Part shown: in pieces, positions 1-7,631 of the stretch
How the letters are laid out: every line of letters begins with the position of its first letter
Position numbering within the stretch: the stretch's first letter is position 1
Assembly: GCA_046597055.1 (NCBI GenBank)
Contig: JBKJLC010000299.1
Location: 1-10,468, forward strand
Source of the DNA: Kofleriaceae bacterium
Lineage (GTDB): Bacteria; Myxococcota_A; Polyangia; Haliangiales; Haliangiaceae
DNA: 10,468 nt
Reading direction: 5' to 3'
Notes under the pieces: generated by a model
Database searches by the model: none
The model's input: the letters and a program-made list of their open reading frames with translations, nothing else
Told to the model about the DNA's origin: nothing
Translations under genes and position numbers: made by a program

Positions 1-708
1 GACGACGAGCTGCGCGCCGAGGCCATCGTGCTCGACGCCGAACCCGGCGACATCATGTACTGGCCGGCCGACTACTGGCACATCTCCGAGGTGGTCGGCG
101 GGCCGGTGACCACGCTCGGGCTCGGCGTGATCCGCACCGGCGACATGCTGGGCTTCCTGCAGTCGGCGACCTCGGCCTTGCACCGCGAGCTCACCACGCC
201 GCCGGCGCCGGTGCCCGACGTTGCCCAGGTCGGCCTCGACGGCGCGCTGGGCTGGCTGCGGCGCACCATCGATGCCGCGATCGCCGATCCGCGGGTCGAG
301 ACCCGTATGGAAGATTCGTTCATGCAGTGGGTGACCAGCCACGGCTTCGACGAGGTGCCCGATCTGGCGCCGGTGGTGGCCCTCGACGATAACGACTGGA
401 TCGTCGGGTGTGGCGCGCGGCTGTTCGTCTACCGCCAGCGCGGCGCGCAGCTGGTGATCGCGTCGCACGGCAAGCCGCTCGAGCTGCCGGCGCACCCGGC
501 CCTGCTCGACCTGTGCGCGCAGATCAGCAAGGGCGCGCGGCTCCAGGTCGGCACGTTTCTCGACGAGGCGACGGCGTCGTCGCCGGCCGCCCATCGCGAC
601 CCCGTCCGCAGCAAGCTGCGCGGCCTGCTCGGCCTCCTGGCCCGCACCCGTGCGGTGACCGCCGCCCCCACCCGCGACGACGTCACCCTCGACTCGCGCG
701 CGGCCTGA
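1..708 (+). CDS. JmjC/cupin-fold Fe(II)/2OG oxygenase (Cupin_4/ROX-like), C-terminal part; 5' end lies outside the window
   Basis: Frame is open from base 1 (DDELRAEAIVLDAEPGDIMYWPADYWHISE), matching the JmjC '(L)xPGDxxYxPxxxWH' motif with the distal metal-binding His. About 200 aa of C-terminal extension follow, as in YcfD/ROX-like proteins. GC-rich third codon positions; TGA at 706-708. Confidence 0.8.
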   Translation, partial: DDELRAEAIVLDAEPGDIMYWPADYWHISEVVGGPVTTLGLGVIRTGDMLGFLQSATSALHRELTTPPAPVPDVAQVGLDGALGWLRRTIDAAIADPRVETRMEDSFMQWVTSHGFDEVPDLAPVVALDDNDWIVGCGARLFVYRQRGAQLVIASHGKPLELPAHPALLDLCAQISKGARLQVGTFLDEATASSPAAHRDPVRSKLRGLLGLLARTRAVTAAPTRDDVTLDSRAA

Positions 709-719
709 AGGAGTCACCC

Positions 720-1340
720 ATGCGCCTCACCGGAAACCACCATTACGGCCTGTGCCACGACGCGTTCCCCGCCGCCGAGCTGGCCGCGCTACGGCACGAC
801 ATCATGGCGTCGCCCCACCTGGGGGGCAACCGGCTCAGCACCAGCTTCGACGGCACGCTCGGCTTCTCGATGGTGTTCACCCGCTCCGGGGTCGACGAGG
901 CGGTGGCGCGCTTCCCGTACCTGGCGACGTTCGTCGCTCGGTCGCTGCGCCCGACCTGCAACGCGTTCTACCTGAACCCACTGGTGATGCGCGCCGGCTC
1001 GGCCATCGCGCCCCACGTCGACTGCAGCCTGTCGTCGTACCTCGGCGGCGGCCGCACCGCGCCACTGCTGGTCAGCGTGCTGTACGTGGACGTCCCCGAC
1101 GACCTGGTCGGCGGCGAGCTGGTGATGCTGACTGACGACGACGAGGTGGGCCGCGTCCAGCCGCGGGCCGGCACCCTGCTCTACTTCGGCGGCCGGCTCC
1201 GGCACCACGTCACGCCGGTCGCCACCGCGCACACCCGACTCAGCCTGGTGTGCGAGCAGTACAAGCTCGACGACGCGGCGCTGGCGCGGGTCCCGACCTT
1301 CGAGCTCCTGGCCGGCGTGCGCGGCTACGAGGAGCCGTGA
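720..1340 (+). CDS. 2OG-Fe(II) oxygenase (prolyl-4-hydroxylase-like DSBH fold), 206 aa
   Basis: ATG at 720 follows AAGGAG (708-713). HxD motif (APHVD), GGEL strand, distal His (LRHHV) and RxS 2OG-binding motif (TRLSLV). The ORF-track start at 408 is an upstream extension overlapping the previous gene. Confidence 0.88.
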   Translation: MRLTGNHHYGLCHDAFPAAELAALRHDIMASPHLGGNRLSTSFDGTLGFSMVFTRSGVDEAVARFPYLATFVARSLRPTCNAFYLNPLVMRAGSAIAPHVDCSLSSYLGGGRTAPLLVSVLYVDVPDDLVGGELVMLTDDDEVGRVQPRAGTLLYFGGRLRHHVTPVATAHTRLSLVCEQYKLDDAALARVPTFELLAGVRGYEEP

Positions 1341-3118
1341 CCGCGGCCGCGCCCCGCGCGCCGTCGCGTCGGGTGGCCGAGCTGCTGCTGGTGATGCCAG
1401 CGTTCCCGCAGGTATCGGCGGCGCAGCTGCAGGCGGTGAGCCTGGCCGCCGAGCACGCCGACGCCGCGCTGACCGCCGCCGGCGGCGGCGATCTGGTGAC
1501 GGCCTGTGATCGCGGACTGGCCGCGGTGCACGCCGGCCGCCACGCGGTGCCGGCCGACGACCGCTTCTGGACGCTGGCCACCGCGGTGGTGCGCGACGCG
1601 CTGGCCGCGCTCGAGCTCGAGCGGGCGATCGCCGGCGGCCGCCGGCTCGACGACGCCACCGGCCTCGCCCTGGCACGCGGTCGCGCCGCGGTGCCGCGGC
1701 TGGCATTGCGCGCGCTGGCCGCCGCCGGCGGGGAGCCCGCCGATGCGGCCCTCGCCGACGCGATCGACGCCCACGCGCTCGTCGGTCAGCTGCTCGACGA
1801 GCTGGTGCAATGGCGTCGAGACCGGGCCGCCGGCAGACCCACGCTGGCGCTCGCCCACGCCGGCGGCGACGACCCGCCCGACGACGTCGGCCGCCGCCTC
1901 TACTACGACGGCCATGCCGAGCGCGTGCTGGGGCTGGCGGTGGCCGCGCTCGACCGGGCGGCCCCGGCGGTGGCGGGCCGGCCCCTTGCCGGCGCGCTGG
2001 CCGCGCTGCGCGGTCGCTGCGAGGCGACCCGCGCCGACGTCGCCGCCATCGTCGCCCGCAACCGGGCCCGCGGCTCCGCACGCCCCGCGCTCGACCTGCC
2101 AGCGGCCACCGGTGACCGCTGGCTCGACCTCGCTCGCGACGCGGCCAGCTACGTCGTCGACCAGTGGCGGGCCGGCTTCGGCGAGGTCCGGCACCAGGCT
2201 CGCTTCAGCGCCGACATGTCGCGCGAGGTGGTGGCCGGCGACGTCTTCCAGCGGGCGCTGATCGCCGACGCGCTGTGCGACCTCCCGGCACCATGGCCGC
2301 AGGCGCTGGCCCCCATGCTCACCGAGGAGCTGGCGTACCTGCGCCAGGCCCGGGTCTGTCCCGATCGCGGATGGAGCTACTACCCCGCGCTCGCCGAGCT
2401 ACCGCCCGACGCCGACCTGCTGGCCCAGGTGCTTCAGGTCGCGGTGCGGGTCGGCGGCGGTGCCGCGGCCGACGACGTCGACGCGCCGATCCGGGCCGCG
2501 ATCGAGGACGGCGATCTCGGCGACGGCTCGTTCGCGACCTGGCTCCTGCCGCCGCCGGCGGCTCGCACGCCGCTGCACCACGCTCAGGCCGCGCTGGTCG
2601 GGGCCCCGGCCGCTGACGCCGAGGTAGTTGCCAACCTGATCTACGCGCTCGCGCTCCACGATCGCGCCCGGTACGCGACCGCGGTGACCCGCGGCGCGAC
2701 CTGGCTCGCCGGTCAGCAGCGAGCGGCCGGCGACTGGGCCGCCGCCTGGTACCAGGGCTCGTTCTACTCGACCTACGCCGCGGTGCGAGCCCTGGCCCAC
2801 CTCGGCGGGGCGCCGGCGGCGCTCCACGCGGCCGCGCGCTGGCTGACCGAGGGCCAGCAGCCCGACGGTGGCTGGGGCCGCGACGGGCTCGGCAACGCCC
2901 TCGACACCGCCCACGCCATGCTGGCCCTGGCCGCGATCGACGCGGCGCAGGCCCGGCCCGCCCTCGAGCGTGGGCGCGACTTCCTGGCCGCGGCTGCGGC
3001 CGCCGGCTGGTCGGCGGTCCCCTTCATCCATCACGGCGAACGCGACGAGCGTCCGTTCGGCAGCCGCACCCTCACCGCTGCCTACGTGGCGCAGGCCGCG
3101 GCGCGCTGCCGGCCGTGA
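1337..3118 (+). CDS. Fusion protein: N-terminal class I isoprenoid synthase/prenyltransferase-like helical domain + C-terminal class II terpene cyclase (prenyltransferase/squalene oxidase repeat) domain
   Basis: GTG at 1337 overlaps the upstream TGA (GTGA). GQLLDELVQWRRDRAAGRPT (from 1784) resembles the second Asp-rich motif QxxDDxxDxxED. GWSYYPALAELPPDADLLA contains a DxDD-like motif (2408-2419). QW-type repeats WLAGQQRAAGDW (2702-2737) and WLTEGQQPDGGW (2840-2875). C-terminal domain is the better supported; exact start is uncertain. Confidence 0.78.
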   Translation: MTAAAPRAPSRRVAELLLVMPAFPQVSAAQLQAVSLAAEHADAALTAAGGGDLVTACDRGLAAVHAGRHAVPADDRFWTLATAVVRDALAALELERAIAGGRRLDDATGLALARGRAAVPRLALRALAAAGGEPADAALADAIDAHALVGQLLDELVQWRRDRAAGRPTLALAHAGGDDPPDDVGRRLYYDGHAERVLGLAVAALDRAAPAVAGRPLAGALAALRGRCEATRADVAAIVARNRARGSARPALDLPAATGDRWLDLARDAASYVVDQWRAGFGEVRHQARFSADMSREVVAGDVFQRALIADALCDLPAPWPQALAPMLTEELAYLRQARVCPDRGWSYYPALAELPPDADLLAQVLQVAVRVGGGAAADDVDAPIRAAIEDGDLGDGSFATWLLPPPAARTPLHHAQAALVGAPAADAEVVANLIYALALHDRARYATAVTRGATWLAGQQRAAGDWAAAWYQGSFYSTYAAVRALAHLGGAPAALHAAARWLTEGQQPDGGWGRDGLGNALDTAHAMLALAAIDAAQARPALERGRDFLAAAAAAGWSAVPFIHHGERDERPFGSRTLTAAYVAQAAARCRP

Positions 3119-3127
3119 CCGGCGCCG

Positions 3128-4612
3128 TCAGCGCAGATCGCCGACCGAGATGCCGTGGCGCAAGATGAGGCGGCGCACGTGGGTCCGCGACGTCCGCAGC
3201 GTGCGGGCGGCGCCGCTGATGTTGCCGCGGTGGGTCCGCAGCGCGGCGACCACGTCCTCGCGTGAGCCGCGCGGGCCGGCGATCTCGGGCGTCACCGGCG
3301 CGAGCGCGATCACCGGCGCCACCGGGCCGTCTTCCGCCGGCCGCTCGAGGCGATCGCCAAAGGCGTCGAGGCTGAGCCGCCCGTCGGTCGCCATCGCGGC
3401 CGCGGCGGTGATGAGGCGCTCGAGCTCGCGAACGTTGAGGCGCCACGGGTGCCGCAGCAGCGCGCGCGCGACGTCGCCGTCGATCGTCATCTCCGACCGG
3501 TCTCCCCGCGCCGCGCGGAGAAACCCGGCGGTCAGCTGCCCAATGTCCTCGCGGCGCGCACGCAGCGGCGGCAGCCGGATCTCGAAGCCGGTGAGGCGGG
3601 CCAGGAAGTCGGGGCGAAACTCGCCGCGCGCGGCCAGCGCGTGGACGTCGCCGTGGGTCGCCGCGATCACGCGCACGTCGACCGGGGCCGGCGTGGTCGC
3701 GCCGACCGCAAGCACCTCTCGCTCCTGGAGCACCCGCAGCATCCGGACCTGCACGGCGTGGGGTGCCTCCGCCAGCTCGTCGAGAAATAGGGTGCCCTGG
3801 TGGGCGGCGCGGACCAGCCCGACCCGGCTGTCGGTCGCGCCCGAGAACGCGCCGCGGACGTGTCCGAACAGCTCGCTCTCGAGCAGTCCCGGCGACAGTG
3901 CCCCGCAGTTCACGGCTACGAACGGGCCGCGACGCCCCGACAGCTCGTGGAGCGCGCGGGCCGCCACCTCCTTGCCGGTGCCCGACTCGCCGCGGATCAG
4001 GACTGGCAGCGCCGTCGGCGCCGCGCGCCGCAGCTGGCCGAGCTGGTGCTCCAGTGTCGGACTGAGGGTCCGGAACAGATCGGCGGCCGACGGTGGCGGT
4101 CCCAGCGTCAGCGGCTCGGCGCCGACCGAGCTCGGCCCGTCGGACACCTGCCGGTAGATGAAGAATGTTCGCCCGACCTCGAGCAGGGCGCCGTCGGGAA
4201 GCGCCGCGGCCTCGCGGATGCGATGACCGTCGATCATGCTGCCGTTCTTCGACTGGACATCGTGGACGACCCATCCGCCCCGGGTCCGGATCATCACCAC
4301 GTGCTGCTTCGAGCACCAGGCATCAGGCAGGCCGAGCTCGAGGCGACCCGGGACCGCGCCGGGCCGGAGTTCGACCCGGTCACGTGCCCCGCGGCCGATG
4401 TGCAGCTCGCTGACGTTGGCGAGCGACAGCCGGACGTGGTGCGCCGACGGCTCGTCGGCCTTGAGCACCAGGAACAGGTACTCGTGCATCGCCGGCGCCA
4501 GCCCGTCGGTGGTCCGGGCGACGAGCGAATCGGCCGACAGCGTATCGTTGGTCCTGGCGAGCGAGGCGGCTTGCTGCACGAAGGCTGGGCACAAGCACGA
4601 GTCATGCCGCAC
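3128..4612 (-). CDS. FHA-domain sigma54-dependent transcriptional activator (FHA - AAA+ - Fis-type HTH)
   Basis: FHA motifs IGRG, SKQH, SKNG; Walker [22 protein letters not shown]; Walker B LFLDE; RVIAATH; NVREL; C-terminal [22 protein letters not shown]. The true start is probably downstream of 4612 (GTG 4579 or ATG 4489). Confidence 0.93.
   Translation of the reverse strand: MRHDSCLCPAFVQQAASLARTNDTLSADSLVARTTDGLAPAMHEYLFLVLKADEPSAHHVRLSLANVSELHIGRGARDRVELRPGAVPGRLELGLPDAWCSKQHVVMIRTRGGWVVHDVQSKNGSMIDGHRIREAAALPDGALLEVGRTFFIYRQVSDGPSSVGAEPLTLGPPPSAADLFRTLSPTLEHQLGQLRRAAPTALPVLIRGESGTGKEVAARALHELSGRRGPFVAVNCGALSPGLLESELFGHVRGAFSGATDSRVGLVRAAHQGTLFLDELAEAPHAVQVRMLRVLQEREVLAVGATTPAPVDVRVIAATHGDVHALAARGEFRPDFLARLTGFEIRLPPLRARREDIGQLTAGFLRAARGDRSEMTIDGDVARALLRHPWRLNVRELERLITAAAAMATDGRLSLDAFGDRLERPAEDGPVAPVIALAPVTPEIAGPRGSREDVVAALRTHRGNISGAARTLRTSRTHVRRLILRHGISVGDLR
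4594..4610 (-). promoter_or_regulatory. Candidate sigma54 (-24/-12) promoter for the activator gene
   Basis: Minus strand reads GCGGCATGACTCGTGCT: GG (4608-4607), N10, GC (4596-4595), close to consensus TGGCACG-N4-TTGCW and oriented toward the activator gene. Confidence 0.45.
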
Positions 4613-4931
4613 GGGTGAGCGGCCATCGCCTTGATCGCCGACGGCGCGTCGACGGCCAGCGCTGGCAGCGGTGTTCCGAGTCGGCGGCGAGGTGTTTCGC
4701 TCGCGGCCAGAGTCGCGGATTCAAAGCCTCGTCGCCGGAACACCAGCGCCGCGTCGACGGTTCCGCAGGTTTCGCTGCGGTTCGGCCCGCGTTTGCCAGT
4801 GGCAGACGGCCTTCGTGCAGCGCGTACCCATCGTCTACCTCGCCTTCGACCGCGTCCGCCCCTATTCCGCCCGCGCGTCCTGCTCCGCCGCGGCCACCTC
4901 GATCGCCGCGTGCTCGCCCACCATGCTCGCC

Positions 4932-5015
4932 ATCGAGGGCAGCCAGCATCCCGATCGGAACGCGCAGTTCGAGTTCATCAACGCCAATGCGAAGGCATGC
5001 GTCAGAAGAGGCCGG
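4932..5015 (+). pseudogene. Internal fragment of an ISAzo13-family transposase
   Basis: Translates as IEGSQHPDRNAQFEFINANAKACVRRGR, matching the 'EGxxHPDRxAQFxxIN' segment I recognise from ISAzo13 transposases. Similarity is not visible on either side (the expected downstream PVISVD motif is absent). Confidence 0.75.
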
Positions 5016-5223
5016 TGGAGTCTTGTCTCGCGGCAGTGGAGGCGCTCGTCCGCGACCTGGTCGGCCGTCGCATCCGACCCTGCGCGTCGGCGATCTCTAA
5101 CTGAGGGCCTGAGGCATAACTCGACGGCGCCGGTCGGCAGGCAGCCCCGAACTGCCAGTTTCGGCGTCGGCGCCATTGCAGCCTGCCCGCGAGCCAGTTA
5201 TTCGCCTCGTCACTCTCGGGCGC

Positions 5224-7407
5224 TTACTCCTGGCCCTCTGAGTTCGCCAAGGCGAACGACATGAAATCAACGATCTCGTCCACTCCCTGAGTGCGAGATG
5301 TGCCAAACCCATGTCCCGCATCGGCCGCTACACGCAGCAGCACAGGGTTAGCCGTCCCTGTATTCGCCTGCAACCGCGCCGCCATTTTGCTCACGGCCCA
5401 AAGCGGAATCCGAACGTCATTCGCTCCGGCCGAGAGAAGGACGCTCGGGTACAGTCCGCGTGGCCTCACACGGTGGTACGGGTCCGACGCGAGGATGGCC
5501 CGAAACTCTTCGGGATCCTTTACCGTTCCGAATTCCGGGACATTTGCCGCACCGCCTTCGGTTTGTTCAAGGCGCAACAGCCCGACGGCGGGAGCCGCCA
5601 AGACCATAGCCGAGAACAGATCTGGCCGGCGTGTGAGCGCTCCCCCCATCACCACCCCGCCGGCGCTGCGCCCATACCCTGTCAGCCGGCTCTGACTTGA
5701 CCACTTTCGTGCGAACAAGTGTTCGGCGCAAGCAATCACGTCGTCAACGCCGTTCTCTTTCTTCTCCTTGATGCCTTCGAGATGCCAGCGCTCCCCCTTT
5801 TCTCCTCCGCCACGGACATGGCACTGAGCGATGATGCCACCACGCTCCGCCCACACCAGCATACTCGGGTCATAGGAGGCTGAGTTCGATATCCCGTAGG
5901 CGCCATAGGCCTCCAACCATGCCGGGGCGCTGCCATTGCGGACATAGCCCCTTCGGGCGATAATCGTCATTGGCACTTCCGTGCCATCCCTGCTGATTAC
6001 TGTCTCTCGATGAACTGCAAGAACGTCCTCATTGTGGACGTCATCCTTCGTATCGCTCAGGGTGATTCGTTCAAAACGACCAGCCCCCCAACGCCACCAA
6101 CGAGGCGCCGCCAGCCAGGTGACCAATGCGAGATAAACACCGTCTCTCTCAGGCCAAGCGCGCAGGACCTGTATCGTGCCTTCGGAGGGCAAGGAGATCC
6201 GTTCGGAACGGTCACCGTTCCACGGAAACCGTTCCAACGTTGAACTTCCATTGACCAACCGCTTCACGTAAAGGCCATCTCGCGCGACAGCCATGTCTTC
6301 GATAACTCCAGCCTCTTCGGGCACAAAGAGTTCCGCGGACTCCCACGCCGCGTCGCGCGCGGGTACTCGCACGACTCGAAACTTTGGCGCTCCTGCATGT
6401 GTGAGCAGATATATATACTCACCATGGGCGACAACTTGAGTCACGTGCGCGTCCTCGGCAGCAATGAGTCGCCATCGATATGTCTGACTGCGGCCGTCTG
6501 TCACGTATACGCGCAAGGGTGCAGCCCCCCCCTGGGTGCTGATCCCCACTAGCCAATGCGACCCAGTGGACGCATTCACCCAGGAGAACTCTTTCGGCCC
6601 GATACCGAGTCCGCCGACGCTTGGCCCCAGCACAGGCTGGGCTTGGTCCGGAACGTCTCCGATCCGGTGCAGATATGTCTGCGAGTTGTCGAACCAAGTT
6701 TCTCTCGAAGCACCGGGGATGGGAGCGGCTCGCCTCCAGTAGTAGAACGACCTGCCGTCAGGACGCCAGGACACAGACGCATACTGAGTACGATCGATCG
6801 CGTCGGGCAGGAGTCTTCCCGTGCTCGCCTCGAAGATCCGAAGCACGGAATCTTCCGAGTCGCCCTCAGACACTCCCATCACAACCAATTCGCCATCGGG
6901 AGAAGGGACTACAAAATCAATGTTCAGGTCTTCGTGCCCCTCGATACGGAGCTCTCGTTCGCCCGCAGCATCTCTCACAAATACGCGACGCCTTTCGTCC
7001 GTAGGGAGAACGCGAGCAAAGACGATCCGACTTCCCGTGTCGCCAAACACATTCAGACGCACCAGTTCCTGCCACGACTGCTCCACATCCGCGCGAAGTG
7101 AACCACGATGCGGCAGTCTCTCGAGGACTGCTCTCGTATACGAATCTTGCTCGCGTACATAAGCCGATAATCTCGCCGGATCTGTCTCCATCCATCGGTA
7201 CGGATCAACGACGTCACGCCCGTGATAGCGGTCGGTGACGGGCTCCTCCTTTGCGAACCCCGGACGCGCCAACCCTTCTGCGGCTATTCTCAATTGCGTT
7301 CTCCGTGGAGACGAGCCGGCTGAGCATCCGACACCAAGTGACATTACTATGCAGAACGTCGACATCAGTCGCGTGTTCTTGCACCGAAGGACCCTTGCGT
7401 ATCTCAT
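5224..7407 (-). CDS. S9A prolyl oligopeptidase family serine peptidase, probably exported/lipoprotein
   Basis: N-terminal YHGRDVVDPYRWME, beta-propeller repeats (SPDG, WRPDG), YGAYG, VRGGGEKGERWH, catalytic Ser in GRSAGG, Asp in NDVRI, His in AGHG. GGAG lies 8 nt before ATG 7407 (alternative ATGs 7422, 7365). Basic N-region, hydrophobic stretch and LGVG-C form an imperfect lipobox. Confidence 0.93.
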   Translation of the reverse strand: MRYARVLRCKNTRLMSTFCIVMSLGVGCSAGSSPRRTQLRIAAEGLARPGFAKEEPVTDRYHGRDVVDPYRWMETDPARLSAYVREQDSYTRAVLERLPHRGSLRADVEQSWQELVRLNVFGDTGSRIVFARVLPTDERRRVFVRDAAGERELRIEGHEDLNIDFVVPSPDGELVVMGVSEGDSEDSVLRIFEASTGRLLPDAIDRTQYASVSWRPDGRSFYYWRRAAPIPGASRETWFDNSQTYLHRIGDVPDQAQPVLGPSVGGLGIGPKEFSWVNASTGSHWLVGISTQGGAAPLRVYVTDGRSQTYRWRLIAAEDAHVTQVVAHGEYIYLLTHAGAPKFRVVRVPARDAAWESAELFVPEEAGVIEDMAVARDGLYVKRLVNGSSTLERFPWNGDRSERISLPSEGTIQVLRAWPERDGVYLALVTWLAAPRWWRWGAGRFERITLSDTKDDVHNEDVLAVHRETVISRDGTEVPMTIIARRGYVRNGSAPAWLEAYGAYGISNSASYDPSMLVWAERGGIIAQCHVRGGGEKGERWHLEGIKEKKENGVDDVIACAEHLFARKWSSQSRLTGYGRSAGGVVMGGALTRRPDLFSAMVLAAPAVGLLRLEQTEGGAANVPEFGTVKDPEEFRAILASDPYHRVRPRGLYPSVLLSAGANDVRIPLWAVSKMAARLQANTGTANPVLLRVAADAGHGFGTSRTQGVDEIVDFMSFALANSEGQE

Positions 7408-7528
7408 CTCACTAGCTCCCATGGTCTTTAACGTGATCGAATTGCAGCCGCCGGCGGTCGAGGTCTCGTCGGGTCGCGAGCAGATGCGAGGTTGACCGAA
7501 GAGGCGTTCGAACAGTAGATCGCAAACA

Positions 7529-7575
7529 CCCGCCGCCCGTGAACGACCGGTGATACCGGTCGCTCAGGCGGCGGG
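7529..7575 (-). terminator. Long stem-loop between precursor ORF and peptidase; weak terminator or mRNA-stabilising hairpin
   Basis: CCCGCCGCC (7529-7537)/GGCGGCGGG (7567-7575), TGA/TCA and CGACCGGT/ACCGGTCG around a 3-nt loop. The + strand A-C mismatch (7543/7563) is a G-U pair in the minus transcript, which continues UGUUU. Confidence 0.6.
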
Positions 7576-7631
7576 GCGGGGCTGACTATCCTCCGAAGAC
7601 GCGGTACTTTCGAGGCATTGCCGCCGAGCGA

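Noticed and set aside
408..719. ORF-track N-terminal extension of the 2OG oxygenase
   Set aside because: Arg/Ala/Pro-rich off-frame translation overlapping the JmjC gene; a good RBS and ATG exist at 708-722.
1337..3118. Calling the fusion a canonical squalene-hopene cyclase (shc)
   Set aside because: Only one QW-repeat barrel is evident, the N-terminal half has a class I-type motif instead, DxDD is altered, and no hpn genes are adjacent.
789..4618. Long alternative-frame ORFs (789-2081 -, 1325-2194 -, 2868-4157 +, 3072-4316 -, 3800-4618 +)
   Set aside because: Shadow ORFs expected at very high GC; low complexity, no motifs, and they overlap well-supported genes.
4645..4760. Direct repeat CGCGTCGACGG at 4645-4655 and 4750-4760
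   Set aside because: GC-rich 11-mer built on the GTCGAC word that is frequent throughout the window; chance is sufficient.
5114..5203. Integron attC site (TAAC...GTTA ends downstream of a gene)
   Set aside because: The outer boxes pair, but no L''/L' boxes at the required spacing can be found, and there is no integrase or second cassette.
4615..5264. ORFs 4615-5100, 4631-5104, 4671-5264 and 4862-5176 as intact genes
   Set aside because: No coherent domain or RBS; only the 28-codon ISAzo13-like segment within 4671-5264 is recognisable.
7586..7618. Micro-ORF MPRKYRVFGG on the minus strand ending in GG
   Set aside because: Only 10 codons, no convincing RBS, coincides with a hairpin, and the GG is followed by a stop so there is no core.
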